From contig OX597824.1 in assembly GCA_951406725.2 (NCBI GenBank), positions 79,050,001 to 79,114,000 on the forward strand: DNA of 64,000 nt, read 5' to 3'. This document shows positions 39,044-53,348 of the stretch, in pieces. The notes beneath the pieces are model-generated. The model was not told the DNA's origin, made no database searches, and saw only the letters and a list, made by a program, of their open reading frames with translations. Every line of letters begins with the position of its first letter. The first letter of the stretch is position 1. Origin of the DNA: Octopus vulgaris (lineage: Eukaryota). The position numbers and the translations under genes were made by a program.

Positions 39044-39095
<52 letters not shown>

Positions 39096-39949
39096 GTTAT
39101 CATCATTATTATTATTATTAAGGCGGTGAGTTGGCAGAATCTTTAGCGTGCTAAACGAAATGCTTAGCGGTATTTCGCCTGCTGCTACGTTCTGAGTTCA
39201 AATTCCGCCGAGATCGACTTTGCCTTTCATTATTTCGGGCTCGATAAAATAAGTACCAGTTGAGCGCTGGGGGGTCGATGAAATTGACTCATCCTCTCCT
39301 CCAAAATGGCTGTCCTTGTGGCAAGATTTAAAACCACTTTTATTATTATTGGTGGTGGTGGTGGTGGTGGTGGTGTTCTCAGTCAGCACTTTGATGATCT
39401 CTACATTAAAACTGTTATCAATAACTTAACAGAGAAATCAATACGTGTGTGTTTTACAGCTTAATAATTCTCTCATTTTCCCTTCTTGTCTACGATTCTC
39501 TCTCTCTCTCTCTCTCCCTCTCTCCCTCTTTCTCTCTCTCTCTCCTTCCTTCTCTCACTCTCTCTTTCTGTCATTCCTTTCCTCTTGTTCTCTGTTGACA
39601 TGGAATTATAAAGACCAACAGTAAGAGGATTAGTTTCTTACTAGTACTGAGGAGTCTCACTCTGGAGTGAGATCAGAAGAGATGATGGCGAACTAACTGG
39701 TAGCTGTATAATATATTCTATCGCTCTTATCGCTGTTGTTTTTGTTGTTGTAGTTGTTGTTGTTGTTGTTAAGCTCCAGGTCAGCTTTCATAAAGGATGT
39801 TCCAACTGTGACCATCACGTATCTAGAACTGTCTGCGTTATCTACTACACCTTCCCTCTTCGCTTTTTAAGGTTGTAGTGGATGATTTGATGGGATTTGG
39901 TTTCTACTTCCTGCAAATCGAGTTACAATAGAAGACCTTTTGCTGGCTC

Positions 39950-40002
<53 letters not shown>

Positions 40003-40005
40003 ACA

Positions 40006-40104
<99 letters not shown>

Positions 40105-40250
40105 CATATATATATACATACATACACACAGATATGAGAGGGATGACCACTATGTGGACAACACTTATGCTAGAAGTAGATACGCTATGGTCTTACCACT
40201 GGTTTTAAATTGATGTTAAATTAATATCCAATTTTTCACCCTCATTTTAA

Positions 40251-40296
<46 letters not shown>

Positions 40297-40422
40297 TATA
40301 TATAAAAGTAGGGGGGGGGTAGACAGACACATCCATCCATCTATCCAACCATACATACATACATATGTAAATGCAAGCTTACATAAATAGATACATGCAT
40401 TTATAAATGCATGCATACATAA

Positions 40423-40456
<34 letters not shown>

Positions 40457-40475
40457 ATATATATATATATTTGTG

Positions 40476-40706
40476 ACCCCCTTCGATCAGACACTGACCA
40501 TGGGTTTGCACCTAGCGAGTTACCCTCTGAGGCACAAGTCTGGGCAAGATTGTTGTTTTTTTATGGAAGACCAGCAGTCGCCCATGCATACCGGCCTCCC
40601 CTCTCCACGTCACCGATGTTGTCCAAGAGAAAGGCAAGGGCCGATACAGCTTGGCACAACCTCACGATCGTAAGCTCGACGCTCTAACCACTGAGCCACT
40701 CGCCTT

Positions 40707-40708
<2 letters not shown>
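40476..40708 (-). mobile_element. SINE family D, internally deleted
   Basis: The head joins directly to the 3' body. Confidence 0.75.
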
Positions 40709-40777
<69 letters not shown>

Positions 40778-40886
40778 GCATAAATACATACATACATAAA
40801 TGCATGCGTGATAGATAAATGCCTCATCTTGACATATTATAACCGTCTCATGTTCAGTCTGATCGTTCTGATTTACTTTCATACTT

Positions 40887-41168
40887 TGGCGGAATTTGAA
40901 CTCAGAGCGTAGCGGCAGACCGGTAGATGAAATACCTATTTCTTTATTACCCACAAGGGGCTAAACATAGAGAGGACAAACAAGGACAGACATAGGTATT
41001 AAGTCGATTACATCGACCCCAGTGCGTAACTAGTACTTAATTTATCGACCCCGAAAGGATGAAAGGCAAAGTCGACCTCGGCGGGATTTGAACTCAGAAC
41101 GTAGCGGCAGACGAAATACCGCTAAGCATTTCGCTTGGCGTGCTAACGATTCAGCTAACTCGCCACCT
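40887..41168 (-). mobile_element. SINE family B
   Basis: One full body plus the start of a second unit. Confidence 0.8.
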
Positions 41169-41246
41169 TGCTTTCGCTAGATATTAATAAAAATATACAT
41201 AAACTCATATTTTCAGTTCTATATTTTTCCAGTTTGCATCGCCATA

Positions 41247-41302
<56 letters not shown>

Positions 41303-41303
<1 letters not shown>

Positions 41304-41696
41304 TAGCAGTATCGCCCGGCGTTGCTCGGGTTTGTAAGGGAAATAACTATACAGCATTTTTAGAGAGTTATAGCCAAAAAATAGAGCAAAAAATGCATTA
41401 AAAATGGAAAAAATATGATGGTAAATTTTTTTTTAAATCTTTGACTCACCGTAGACATTTTTAGAGAGTTACTTCCCTTTAAAAAAATATGCATGAAAAT
41501 GGAAAAAAATGATGGTAAATTATTTTTAAAATCGTAGCCTCATCGTAGACAAGCGCTAATACCCAGAAGGGCTCGAAATGAATCACGACTATAAGATACC
41601 CGGTTTTGGTTAAACTGCACCGCAAAATGTGGGAGTAGTTAGGAATCTAAATCGAAGGGGACAGACACTCACACAACTACAGTTTTATATATAAAG

Positions 41697-41697
<1 letters not shown>
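41303..41697 (-). mobile_element. Non-autonomous Helitron
   Basis: TC...CTAG termini between A and T, hairpin CCCGAGCAACGCCGGG. Homologous to 3648-4044. Confidence 0.8.
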
Positions 41698-41750
<53 letters not shown>

Positions 41751-41755
<5 letters not shown>

Positions 41756-41935
41756 AGATCGCTAGCCACTACACATTCTTTATTTTCTCTCCTTGTTTCT
41801 TTCTGTGTTCCTTTCTGTGGAAGAGCGTAGGCTCGAAACGTTAAAGACTTTTTCACTTCCCGAGCGTTATAATAGTACATCTGTTTTTGTTGTCTACACC
41901 ACCTGTCTTCGTCTTTTGTTTTCTTGCGAATTCTC

Positions 41936-41940
<5 letters not shown>
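41751..41940 (+). mobile_element. Hammerhead-like short element, family E
   Basis: CUUU-CUGUGGAA-GAGC guag GCUC-GAAACGUU-AAAG at 41811-41846. (TA)n on both sides. Confidence 0.7.
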
Positions 41941-41981
<41 letters not shown>

Positions 41982-42328
41982 ATATATATTTATACAGCAC
42001 GAGCAAATGCACACTCTGAAACATAATATTTAAAACAGTATTCCCATGATCCTTTGTCATTCTGCAGTAATAGCTTTATTTCTCACAGCTGACCATTCTG
42101 TTCTATCGATGGTAGAAGGAAATCGTATACATCTCTGAGAAGCGGTCAACAAACTAAGAACTTCCTCAGGCGTTTCCCCCTCTTTATTCCGCCCAACGAA
42201 AATATAGAATAGACAGCAATATGTTGACATTGTTATAAATTTCTCTCATAATGCAAATTATGCCATTTCCATATATATTACTTGAAAACATATATATGCA
42301 AATATGTACGAGCATGCATATATGCCAG

Positions 42329-42397
<69 letters not shown>

Positions 42398-42435
42398 TCG
42401 TGTGTATATATATATACACACGCACACAGATGTCG

Positions 42436-42850
42436 CGGTGAGATGGCAGAATCGTTAGCAAGCAGGGCGAAATGCTTCGCGGTATTTCGTCTGCTGACAG
42501 ACGAAACGTTAGCGCACCGGGCGAAATGCTTACCGATATTTTGTCTGCCGCTGCGTTCTGAGTTCAAATTCCGCCGAGGTCGACTTTGCCTTCCATCCTT
42601 TCGGGGTCGATTAAGTAAGTACCAGTTACGCACTGGGGTCGATATAATCGACTTAATCCGTTTGTCTGTCCTTGTTTGTCCTTTCTGTGTTTAGCCCTTT
42701 GTAGGTAGTAAAGAAATAGGTATGTCGTCTGCCGCTACATGCTGAGTTCGAATTCCGCCAACGCCGACTTTGCTTTTTAACCTTACGGAGTCGATAAATT
42801 AGATAGCAGTTGAGTACTGGGTCGTTGGTATTGACTTACCCCTCCCCCGA
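42436..42850 (+). mobile_element. Nested/tandem SINE family B copies
   Basis: A young copy inside an older copy. Confidence 0.75.
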
Positions 42851-43000
42851 ATTTTTTTAGGCGCAGGAGTGGCTGTGTGGTAAGTAGCTTACTTACCAAC
42901 CCCATGGCTCCGGGTTCAGTCTCACTGCGTGGCACCTTGGACAAGTGTCTTCTACTATAGCCTCTATTACATACTATATCATAGTATTACATACTATATG

Positions 43001-43050
<50 letters not shown>

Positions 43051-44407
43051 TTTATGTAAATCTATCTGTATGTATATATACACCTACATACGCGTATTAT
43101 ACATATACATGCATACATACAAACATACATACATGCATACATACATACATACATACATACACACCTACATACACACATACATACATACATATATATGCGT
43201 GTGTGTGTTTGTGTTTGCGGGTCTATTGAAATATTTGAACTGAGGAAGATATATAAGAAGTATTTCTCCCTTACATAAATACTTGAAACACGTGTATTAA
43301 GTGCATTTAAAATATCAACATTTGATTCGTCTATCATATACATATTTCGTCATCTCTCGTATATGTAGAAGTAATTCGACTATAGTTGCGTTCAGATCCC
43401 CGCAAAACCTTCTGAAGACAGACGTCGTAAAATACGAATGCCGAAAAGCGAAATCACTTAGGTCGGTGAATTAAGTGTTCCGTACCAATATTTGTAATAT
43501 GTGGCTTTGTTTTTTACGGGTGTTTAATTATGGTGAATGTTTCGTTTTGTTTTGTTTGGGGGTTCCTGGTGGGTGGGTGGTGGGTGGGGGTTTCTGTGCA
43601 GACTTTTGTCGTTGCCCTACATAATATTCTGACTTGGCCTGTTGTGAACCTGTTGAGTTCTCTTATGAGAAACACGAACCTCGGCTGCAAGACTCAAGGG
43701 AATGCATTGTACTTCTCTAGTAAGCGTCTTAAGACGTGTGAGTATGTATGTGCGTGTGTGTATGAATGTTGTAATGTGGAGTATTTGTCTATAGTCGTTG
43801 TTTTGACTTTATATTTATTTTCAATGAAATACAGACGTTTATTTGTTTGTTTTGTTTTTATTAATTTTTTTTTGTATTTTTGCTGTATTTTCCCCATTTT
43901 TATTTCTTTCTTTATTTACTCGTTTATTTATTTACCTATCTGAAGATTGACTCCGCGTTTAGAGGATAGGAGTTGCTGGTACAATAAATTAGGATGAGAA
44001 AGAGAAAAAGAGAAAGAGAGAGAATGAGAGAGACAGGGACGGAGACGGAAGGGGGGAAGATGATGTGAGAAGGAAAGAGAGATTAAAAGAAGACCCTACA
44101 AATGAAAGAGTTGAAAGAAGAAAACAACAACTGTGGTTATATTTTTAGAATTACATCCAGACGGTTTATGCATATTCTCTCTTCTGCCTCCCCTTCTGCC
44201 TCCTCCTCCTCTTCATCCTCTTCTTCTTCTTCTTCTTTTCCCCCTCTACCTCTCTCTCCTTCTTCTCCTTCTCTCCTTCCACCGTATGTATATCCATCTT
44301 CGAGTCAATCACTCTCCACCCCCTTACACTTCATCGCTCACACTTCGCCCACCGACTTATTCCGATTCCTCCGGAATTTACGGTGAGATAATTGTTACAT
44401 AGGTGTG

Positions 44408-44457
<50 letters not shown>

Positions 44458-44706
44458 GATGTACATGGACTCACAGCCTACTCAAACACAAACACGCGCA
44501 CACGCACATATACGGGTAAGCACTATACATATATGTGTTACGTATACTTATTGTATATAAAATCTATACACGCATAGTGTGATTTACTACAGAATCATAC
44601 GTAATATATATATACCAATATATACCCCTCTCTCTCTCTCTCTCCCTTTCTCTCTCTCTCCATGTATGTGTGTGTATGTGTGTGTTATACAGAGAAACAG
44701 AGGCAG

Positions 44707-44752
<46 letters not shown>

Positions 44753-44821
44753 GTATATATATAGCTATACACGCGTTTCTGTTTACCTGTAAATGTCTAT
44801 GCGTGTATATTATACACACAC

Positions 44822-44876
<55 letters not shown>

Positions 44877-45010
44877 TCACACTTGGACACAGATACAAGT
44901 ATACATATAAACAACAGAAGGAACGACAGATTGACGGAATAACCACTTAAAAAAAAGAAAATCTTAAAAATTCTAAGTTACGACTCACTTATCTCTCTTA
45001 TTTTTACACA

Positions 45011-45076
<66 letters not shown>

Positions 45077-45689
45077 TTTTCTTCCCTTCATTTTTTTCAA
45101 TCTTCCTTCCTATCTTACTATGTTGGGTATTTTATTTTTCACTTTTTCTTCATCACCATCATTATCATCATCGTTATCACCATCGTCATCATCATTATAT
45201 ATTTATCATCATCATCATCTTCTTCTTCTTTTCCATCTTCATCTTCTTCTTCGTCTTCTTCCACTAATCAATGTCTGCGGGTATACTTTATGGGAATATA
45301 AAAAGCATTCCTGTAAAACTCAAGTGCGAAACGCAAAAATACACAAGTCATTAGCATAGCGAAAGGAATGATAACGAAGGTAGATTGATAAAGGAAGCTG
45401 GGGAAGAAGAGGAAGAGATGACAAGAGATGGAGGGAAGAAGAGGAGGAGAAGGACATTGAGAAAGAAGAGGTTTAAAAGGTGTGGCCCCTGACAGATGTG
45501 AAGATACGATGAAGTATGATGTTGCGAGTATTATCTTATATGTATATTTTACTTCTTTCAGCCATTAGCCTGCGACCATGCTGGGGCAACAAGTCTGAAG
45601 GGTTTAGATGAGCAAAATGCATTCCTGCCCATCCACCCACACACACACCCATTACTTATTTTTAATTGTGGTATTTATTCTATCTATCT

Positions 45690-46114
45690 CTTTTACTCTC
45701 TTTTTTACTCTTTTACTTGTTTCAGTCATTTGACTGCGGCCATGCTGGAGCACCGCCTTTAGTCGAGCCTTTAGTCGACCCCGGGACTTATTCTTTGTAA
45801 GCCCAGTACTTATTCTATCTTCTATCGGTCTCTTTTGCCGAGCCGCTAAGTTACGGGGACGTAAACACACCAGCATCGGTTGTCAAGCAATGCTAGGGGG
45901 ACAAACACAGACACACAAACACACACACACACACACACACACATATATGCATATATACGACAGACTTCTTTCAGTTTTCGTCTACCAAATCCACTCACAA
46001 GGCATTGGTCGGCCCAGGCTACAGCAGAAGACACTTGCCCAAGATGCCACGCAGTGGGACTGAACCCGGAACCATGTGGTTGGTAAACAAGCTACTTACC
46101 ACACAGCCACTCCT
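45690..46114 (-). mobile_element. SINE family A with small internal tandem duplications
   Basis: GCCTTTAGTCGA is duplicated. Confidence 0.85.
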
Positions 46115-46621
46115 ATCGCTCGTTTTTTATTTTTTTGTTGCCAAACTGATAATTTGAAAGGACGTAAATAAAGCGATGGGGGAAGAGACAAGCACAGACA
46201 CAGTTTCCGTCTTCTAAATTCACTGACAAAGCATTGGCCAGCACAGAGCTATTGCAGAAGACCCTTACCCTAGATGTTGTGCAAAGGGATTGAACCAGAA
46301 ACCACGTGATTGCAAAACGAGCTTCTTGACCTCACAGCCCGTTACAGATATTTTTTTTTCTATTTATCAAAAGCACAAGATCATATACATACATATCTAC
46401 GTACCTGTACATGCACACGTACACGCGCTACACACACGCACACAAGTACGTGTGCATGTACGTATGCATACATATGCGTGTGTATGGCTGTTGGTAGAAA
46501 TGGTTACAGCCTGCACCGAATTTTGCTGTTTGTTACATGGATAACAGAAAAGGAAACAAGAGAGTTGCAGTATGGAGTAAAGAATCCTGGCAGCGTCGAT
46601 GCTGCTGGGCATTGCTGAAAA

Positions 46622-46675
46622 GAAGCACTGAAATCGCAATGATCCTTAATCAACGGCTGATGAGAGGAATGCTTC
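46622..46675 (+). ncRNA. Type II hammerhead-like motif (weak helix I)
   Basis: GAAGCAcu-GAA-AUC gcaau GAU-C-CU..GG-CUGAUGA-gaggaa-UGCUUC. Confidence 0.35.
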
Positions 46676-46715
46676 GCTGTGGCAGCTGAATGCACGATAC
46701 ATACATACATATACA

Positions 46716-46759
<44 letters not shown>

Positions 46760-46850
46760 GTAAAAAGTAAAAAATATATACAAACTGGGACAAGAACGTG
46801 AAACACCTAGAAGACGACACAAGAACCACAGGACGGGACATTCGAAGCCC

Positions 46851-46911
46851 TCAGTCATCAGTCAAGAACCAGATCATCTTCGCAATTTCGGCTGATTATT
46901 CTTGAGATTGC
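46851..46911 (-). ncRNA. Non-circularly permuted hammerhead ribozyme candidate (family F)
   Basis: GCAAU-C-UCAAGAA-uaa-UCAG-cc-GAAA-UUGC-(13 nt)-UUCUUGA-CUGAUGA-CUGA. Confidence 0.75.
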
Positions 46912-47415
46912 TCCGACCTGGGCAGCCTCCAAGGGAAATCTAAGCCAAGCGCATTAGATCCCTTGGAAGAAAGCTTCGAATGTATACAACACAAGGACGG
47001 AAAACGATATATATAGGTGCAGTGGTGGCTGTGTGGTAAAGAATCTGCTTCCTAAGCACATGGTTCTGTGTTCGGTCCCACGAAGTGGCACCTTAGGTTT
47101 GTGTTTCCACTATAGCTTCGGGTTGATCAAAGCCTTGTCAGTGGATTTGTATGACAGAAACTGAAAGAAGCCCGCCACATACATGTATGTGTGTGCGTGT
47201 GTGTACGTGTGAATAATAAAGTTGAAGTGAAGAACGAATATATAGTACGTGTATTTATTTCGCACTAAAAATTACAGTCTCGAAATATATATATATATAT
47301 ATATATATATGGCCAGTACTGTTTGCTTTCATGCTAGACAGACAGAAAGACAGGCAGACAGGCAGGCAGACAAGAGAGACAGGCAAGAGACAGCCAGGCA
47401 GGCAGGCAGGCAGGC

Positions 47416-47525
<110 letters not shown>

Positions 47526-47746
47526 GTAGGGAAAGTGTGACAAAGTAATTTGGAATGCTTAATTTCTGCCTCCTTTGTGTGGTGTACGTATAACGAAGTA
47601 GAATAGAGATCTTTTAGTTGAACTGTATATTTTTTCTGTAAATTTCAAGTAAATTTGATGCTTCACTGTGGAGAGAAGCACTCTGTATCGGACTGAGTGG
47701 TTGGACACACATGCGTCGAAATGGAGAAAAGATTCCATCACATGCA

Positions 47747-47790
<44 letters not shown>

Positions 47791-47932
47791 CTTGATGCAT
47801 TGAGTCATTTTTTTCCTTACTATGCAAAATTATGCACTGGATAACTTCTCTATATGAAAGTGTACCTGACTAACGAAACGCAATCTTTAAGATAGCGTGT
47901 TAGCGCTTTGTGTGTTCATGTGTGTGTGTGCA

Positions 47933-47984
<52 letters not shown>

Positions 47985-48399
47985 TGATTATATATTTATT
48001 TTTTATGAGCTGCCACTAAAAATTTTTTCTCACAGAGATAACAGAAGGAAAGTTTTGACATGTCGCTAGACATATGAAATATATTGCTCTGAACAAAACA
48101 GAAGGGCTTAATTAAGATGTACGTAGGATCTTTTAAAAAAATAATAACTCAAAACTGATGTTTTGCGGAGTTTTCACTAACATATGTTTAAAGGAAATTT
48201 TACATAGTTTGGTCGCAAACATGGATGCATTTGTAAGAAATTCACTTCATTTCCACGATGTTCTATGTTCGATCCCGCTACGCGGAACATTGGAGATATG
48301 TAATCTACTGTAGGATCGAGTTGAAAAAATTGATAGAAGGAAACCATACTGAAGCTGTATACTATGATTGTGTGTCTGTTTCATACAGGGTAAGGGTAA

Positions 48400-48730
48400 A
48401 GACCCCCTTCGGTCATGAATGACAATAGGATTGCACCTAGAAAGTGCCCCTCCGAGGCACAAGTCTGGGCAAGGTTGTTTATAGAAAACCAGCAGTCACC
48501 CATGCATACCGGCCTCCCCTCTCCACACCATTGTTATCCAAGGGTAAGGCAAAGGCTGATACAGCTTGGCACTAGCGACGTCGCAACTCATTTCTACAGC
48601 TGAGTGGACTGGAGCAACGTGAAATAAAGAGTCTTGCTCAAGAACACAACACACATCCCGGTACCGGAATCGAACTCACTACTTTATGATCGTGATCCCG
48701 AAGCTCTAACCACTGAGCCAGGCACTTCAT
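48400..48730 (-). mobile_element. SINE family D
   Basis: Matches 62655-62986. Confidence 0.8.
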
Positions 48731-48783
48731 GTTTCATATACACACACATACACTCACATGTGTGTGTGCATGCATTTCTACGT

Positions 48784-48828
<45 letters not shown>

Positions 48829-49564
48829 AATATATATATAACACATGTTTGCATATGTAATTTATCACTATCTTTATTGTCACACATTCGCACACGCTCA
48901 CACTTTATCACATACGCATTCCGAAGACTCGCCTCGCAACGACACATGCCAGCACAACTTACCCCCAGAAAGCGACGCCACTATATCCCCACATTTGCAT
49001 ACTACTATACACCACACTGGCATACATACACACACTTTCTTATGCCCGCATGCAGACGCAGATACACTTTGATAAATACATCTAAAACCCCATCCCTTCC
49101 TTCCGTCTTAATTTCGCCCATAGAACAGCAATCCCTCCAAGTTTTTAATCATTCGTTCTCCTCCTGTGCACGTTCTCTTCTTGATACACTATTTCTCTCT
49201 TTCTCTCCTGCTATGCTTTTCTCTCTTTCTTTTTCTCGATGAAGCGCCATAGTCCGAAACGTTAAGATGCTTCCTTTATCCACTGAAGCGTTAAATTAAT
49301 GCATCATATTTATCAAACTTTGTTCTTCGGGCATTGTTCTATTTAAAGTTCATTGTCTTTACACTATACAGGTAAGTGTGTGTGTATGTATGTGTGTGTG
49401 TGTATGTGATATATGCATTCTTATATACGTACATTCGCACGCATGCACACGTACGTACACGCACATACGCGCGCGCATATATACATTAAGAAATTTAATC
49501 CTGCTAAAGAAGATAATTACGATAACAATCGACAAATCCAATGCTTTAGAATTACGTATCTGAA

Positions 49565-49985
49565 CGTGTATGTGAGATATGTGTGTGTCTAATTGAAGTT
49601 GTGTGTGTGTGTGTGTGTATGTATGTGTGTGTGTATGTGTGTATGTGTGTGTGTGTGTGTGTGTGTGTAGGCCAGTTAGAGGCTGGTTAAAAGGAAAAAC
49701 AGTGTATGTGAGATATGTGTATGTCTATATGAAGTTGTGTGTGTGTGTGCTTGCGTGTGTGTGTGTATGTGTGTGTGTATGTATGTATGTGTGTGTGTGT
49801 GTATGTATGTGTGTGTGTGTGTGTGTATGTGTGTGTGTGTGTGTGTGTGTAGGCCAGTTAGAGGCTGGTTAAAAGGAAAAACAGTGTATGTGAGATATGT
49901 GTATGTCTATATGAAGTTGTGTGTGTGTGTGCTTGCGTGTGTGTGTGTATGTGTGTGTGTATGTATGTATGTGTGTGTGTATGTA

Positions 49986-50036
<51 letters not shown>

Positions 50037-50062
50037 GCCAGTTAGAGGCTGGTTAAAAAGAA
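49565..50062. repeat. Tandem duplication of a unit of about 183 bp containing (TG)n
   Basis: TAGGCCAGTTAGAGGCTGGTTAAAA occurs at about 49668, 49850 and 50034. Confidence 0.85.
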
Positions 50063-50642
50063 AATCAGTCCGATGATGTCTGTACATTTCGAAATAATCC
50101 AAAATATTACCGGGCTAGACAATATGTTTCAGCTATCAAGACTGACCCAGCAGAGAAAGTTCAAGCAATCTCTGTCGCGTCAACAGCGGAGAACGGAACA
50201 GCAGAAAACACGCAAAATTCGTTATTTTATATTATTAATAGCGTGATGAAAGACGAGAGCTGTATGGACCAGCAAGTTCTTAAGTGCTGTGAGGTGAGCT
50301 GTGATGAGTTGTATCGTACGCGCTCGTACGTTGGTTTATATGCGTGGTGCGTGAGTCATCGACTCGTAGACACAAGTAAACAGATGGATTGGTAGATAGT
50401 TAAGACAGATAGAGGGATGTACAGATATATAGATAATAATAAATAATTTTTATACTCATTATATATGCATGAATTTATGTACATACAAACATGGTTGCAC
50501 ACACGTTTGTATGTGAGTGTGTGTGTGTGTATGAGTGTGTGTGTGTGTATGTGTGTGTGTGTGTATGTGTGTGTGTATGTGTGTGTGTGTGTATGTGTGT
50601 GTGTATGTGTGTGTGTATGTGTGTGTGTGTGTATGTGTGTGT

Positions 50643-50693
<51 letters not shown>

Positions 50694-51227
50694 TGTTGTA
50701 ATCAGATCAGGTCAAATTCCTGGAGTTTTCTTCAGTAAAGGCAGACGATCTGTATATTTGCCAAGTTAACATTCCGTAAGATTTACTCTTGGTAATCGTC
50801 CATACTCGACTGTTTCCGTAAAGTAGATTATTGGAAAAAGTCTAAACAGAAGAAGCAATCCCTGGGATAATAGGTGCCTTGGGAATGATTTAAAAAAGAT
50901 ACAAACAAACAAAGACATAACCAAAAACAAAAAAAAACAAAAAAAAACGCAGACTTAATTACAAGTAAAATAAAAAATTTAAAAAAAAACGTACATAAAA
51001 TATCAGTCCTAGACACTGCACACGTTTTACGCAGATTAATCTTTTTAGTACAATGGAGGGAAAATCAAAACCAAAATGAAACTCTGCACGTATCCATAAC
51101 ACACAGAGCTGTGATCCGTTGTGCAATGGAAGTAGGGAATAAAAATAGGTAAGATTTAATCCTTTCTAATTTTGATACAAGATCAACAATTCTGTGAGAA
51201 AGTAGATTACATCGGCTCCAGTTGTGT

Positions 51228-51745
51228 CCCCCCTCCCCCCGTTCGGTCATGAATGACCATGGGATTGCACCTGGAAAGTTACCCTCCGAGGTACGAGTCT
51301 GGGCCAAGGTTGTTTGTGGAAGACCAGCAGTCGCCCATGCATACCTGCCTCCTCTCTCCATGCCACCGATGTTATCCAAGGGAAAGGCAAAGGGGCCGAT
51401 ACAGCTTGGCACCAGTGACGTCGCAGCTCATTTATTAAAGTGCAAGTGTCCGAGCATTTCACAGACACGTGTACCCTTAATGTAGTTCTCGGGGAGATTC
51501 AGCGTGATACAGAGTGTGACAAGGCTGGCCCTTTGAAATACAGGTACAGCAGAAACAGGAAGAAAAAGTGAGAGAAAGTTGTGGTGAAAAAGAGTACAGC
51601 AAGGTTCACCACCACCCCTTGTCGGAGCTTCGTGGAGCTTTTAGGTGTTTTTGCTCAATAAGCACTCATAATGCCCGGTCTGGAAATCGAAACTGCGATC
51701 CTACGACCGCGAGTCTGCTGCCCTGACCACTAGGCCATTGCGCCC
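51228..51745 (-). mobile_element. Chimeric SINE: family C head and body fused to a family D 3' part
   Basis: The switch occurs near 51432. Confidence 0.7.
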
Positions 51746-52068
51746 ATTGTCAAGCGGCGTGGGTGGGGAATGCAACACAAAGACGCGCGCACACACATAT
51801 GTGTGTGTATGTGTGTGAGTGTGTGTGTGTGTGTATGTGTGTATACGAAGGACTTCTTTCAGTCTTCGTCTACAGAATTCAATCAAAGTCTTTGGTCAAT
51901 CCGGCGCTACAATAGAAAACACTTGCCCAAAGTGCCGTGCAGTGGGACTGAACCTAAAATTACATGGTTGGTAAGCAAACCTCTTAACCACGCAGCCACG
52001 CCTGCATCTAATGATAAAAATATACGGCCAAACGAAGTGAAGAAAATTGTAGGAGTTAAGTAAACCGG

Positions 52069-52101
<33 letters not shown>

Positions 52102-52400
52102 TACACAACGCATACATATATATACACACTCACACATACACATATTTATGTATATATACACACACACAACACACACACACAAACATACATGCATATATCT
52201 AAGTAAATGGTAAAATAACTGAAAATATGTTTTAGAGAGGAATAACTTTTAAGCGTTGGATAGCAAAGCGGATGTGACGTAAGACTAAAAGATTATATTG
52301 TTTATAAAGCGGAAGAAGATGATTGTTTGGTTGATAGAATCTATGGAGAAGGACAGAAAGAGAAGAGAGAAGATGAAAGACAAAGAGAGAGAGAGAAGTA

Positions 52401-52435
<35 letters not shown>

Positions 52436-52529
52436 GGAATGATAAGAGACAGCGAGCGAAAGAGATAGGAAGAGGATTAGTGTATGAAATAGAAAGGGAG
52501 AAAGAGAAAATGAATGAATGGATGTGGGA

Positions 52530-52797
52530 CAGAAAGAAAGAAAGAAAGAAAGAAGGAAAGAAGGAAAGAAGGAAAGAAGGAAAGAACGAAAGAGAGAGAG
52601 AGAGAAAGAAAGAAAGAAGGAATGGTATGAAGAAAGAAAGAAAAAAGAAAGTAAGGAAGGAAGAAAGAAAAAAAGATTGAATGGTATGAAGAAAGAAAGA
52701 AAAAAGAAAGAAAGAAAGATGGAAAGGTAGGAAGAAAGAAAAAAAGAACGAAAGAAAGAAAAAAAGAAAGAAAGAATGAAAGAAAGAAGAAAGAAAC
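52530..52797. repeat. (GAAA/GGAA)n tract
   Basis: Seen directly. Confidence 0.9.
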
Positions 52798-52964
52798 TGC
52801 GTTCCGAGGTTAAAAGTCATTGAAATACGACAAACGAGAACTGAAGATGCAAAATGCCGCCGTAGCATAAAGTACAAAGTTCCGATCGAAATTAAAACTA
52901 CGGTCCTGGAATTATTGCTAGTAGTTAAATACTGCTGCTGCTACTGCTGCTGCTGCTGCTGTCG

Positions 52965-53348
52965 TTGTTGTTGTTGTTGAGCGAACGGTCTTCGTCCCAG
53001 GGTTCGCTAGATGGGAGATGTCCGAAACGTGATCCTTTGCTATTCGTAAGACCCGCAGAAGAGAAAGCAGGTCAACCCCCGACACCGAAAACATCAACGG
53101 ATGGATGAATGTGCATCCAGGCTCAGCGATTGCGTAGGAAGCCGGGGACAAGAAACAGGAAGAAAGAGTGAGAGAAAGTTGGGGCGAAAGAGTACAACAG
53201 GGGTCACCACCCCACCCCCTACCGGAGCCTCGTGGAGCTTTAAGTGTTTTCACTCAATAAACACACACAACGCCCGGTCTGAGAATCGAAACCGCGATCC
53301 TCCGACCGCGAGTCTGCTGCCCTAACCATTGGGCCATTGCGCCTCCAC
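52965..53348 (-). mobile_element. SINE, family C head with a third tail type ending in (CAA)n
   Basis: The head matches family C. The sequence diverges after CTTCCTGTTTCT. Confidence 0.75.

Noticed and set aside
49565-50062. Regularly spaced 25-bp repeats resembling a CRISPR array
   Set aside because: The spacers are near-identical (TG)n-rich sequence in a eukaryotic context. This is a simple tandem duplication.
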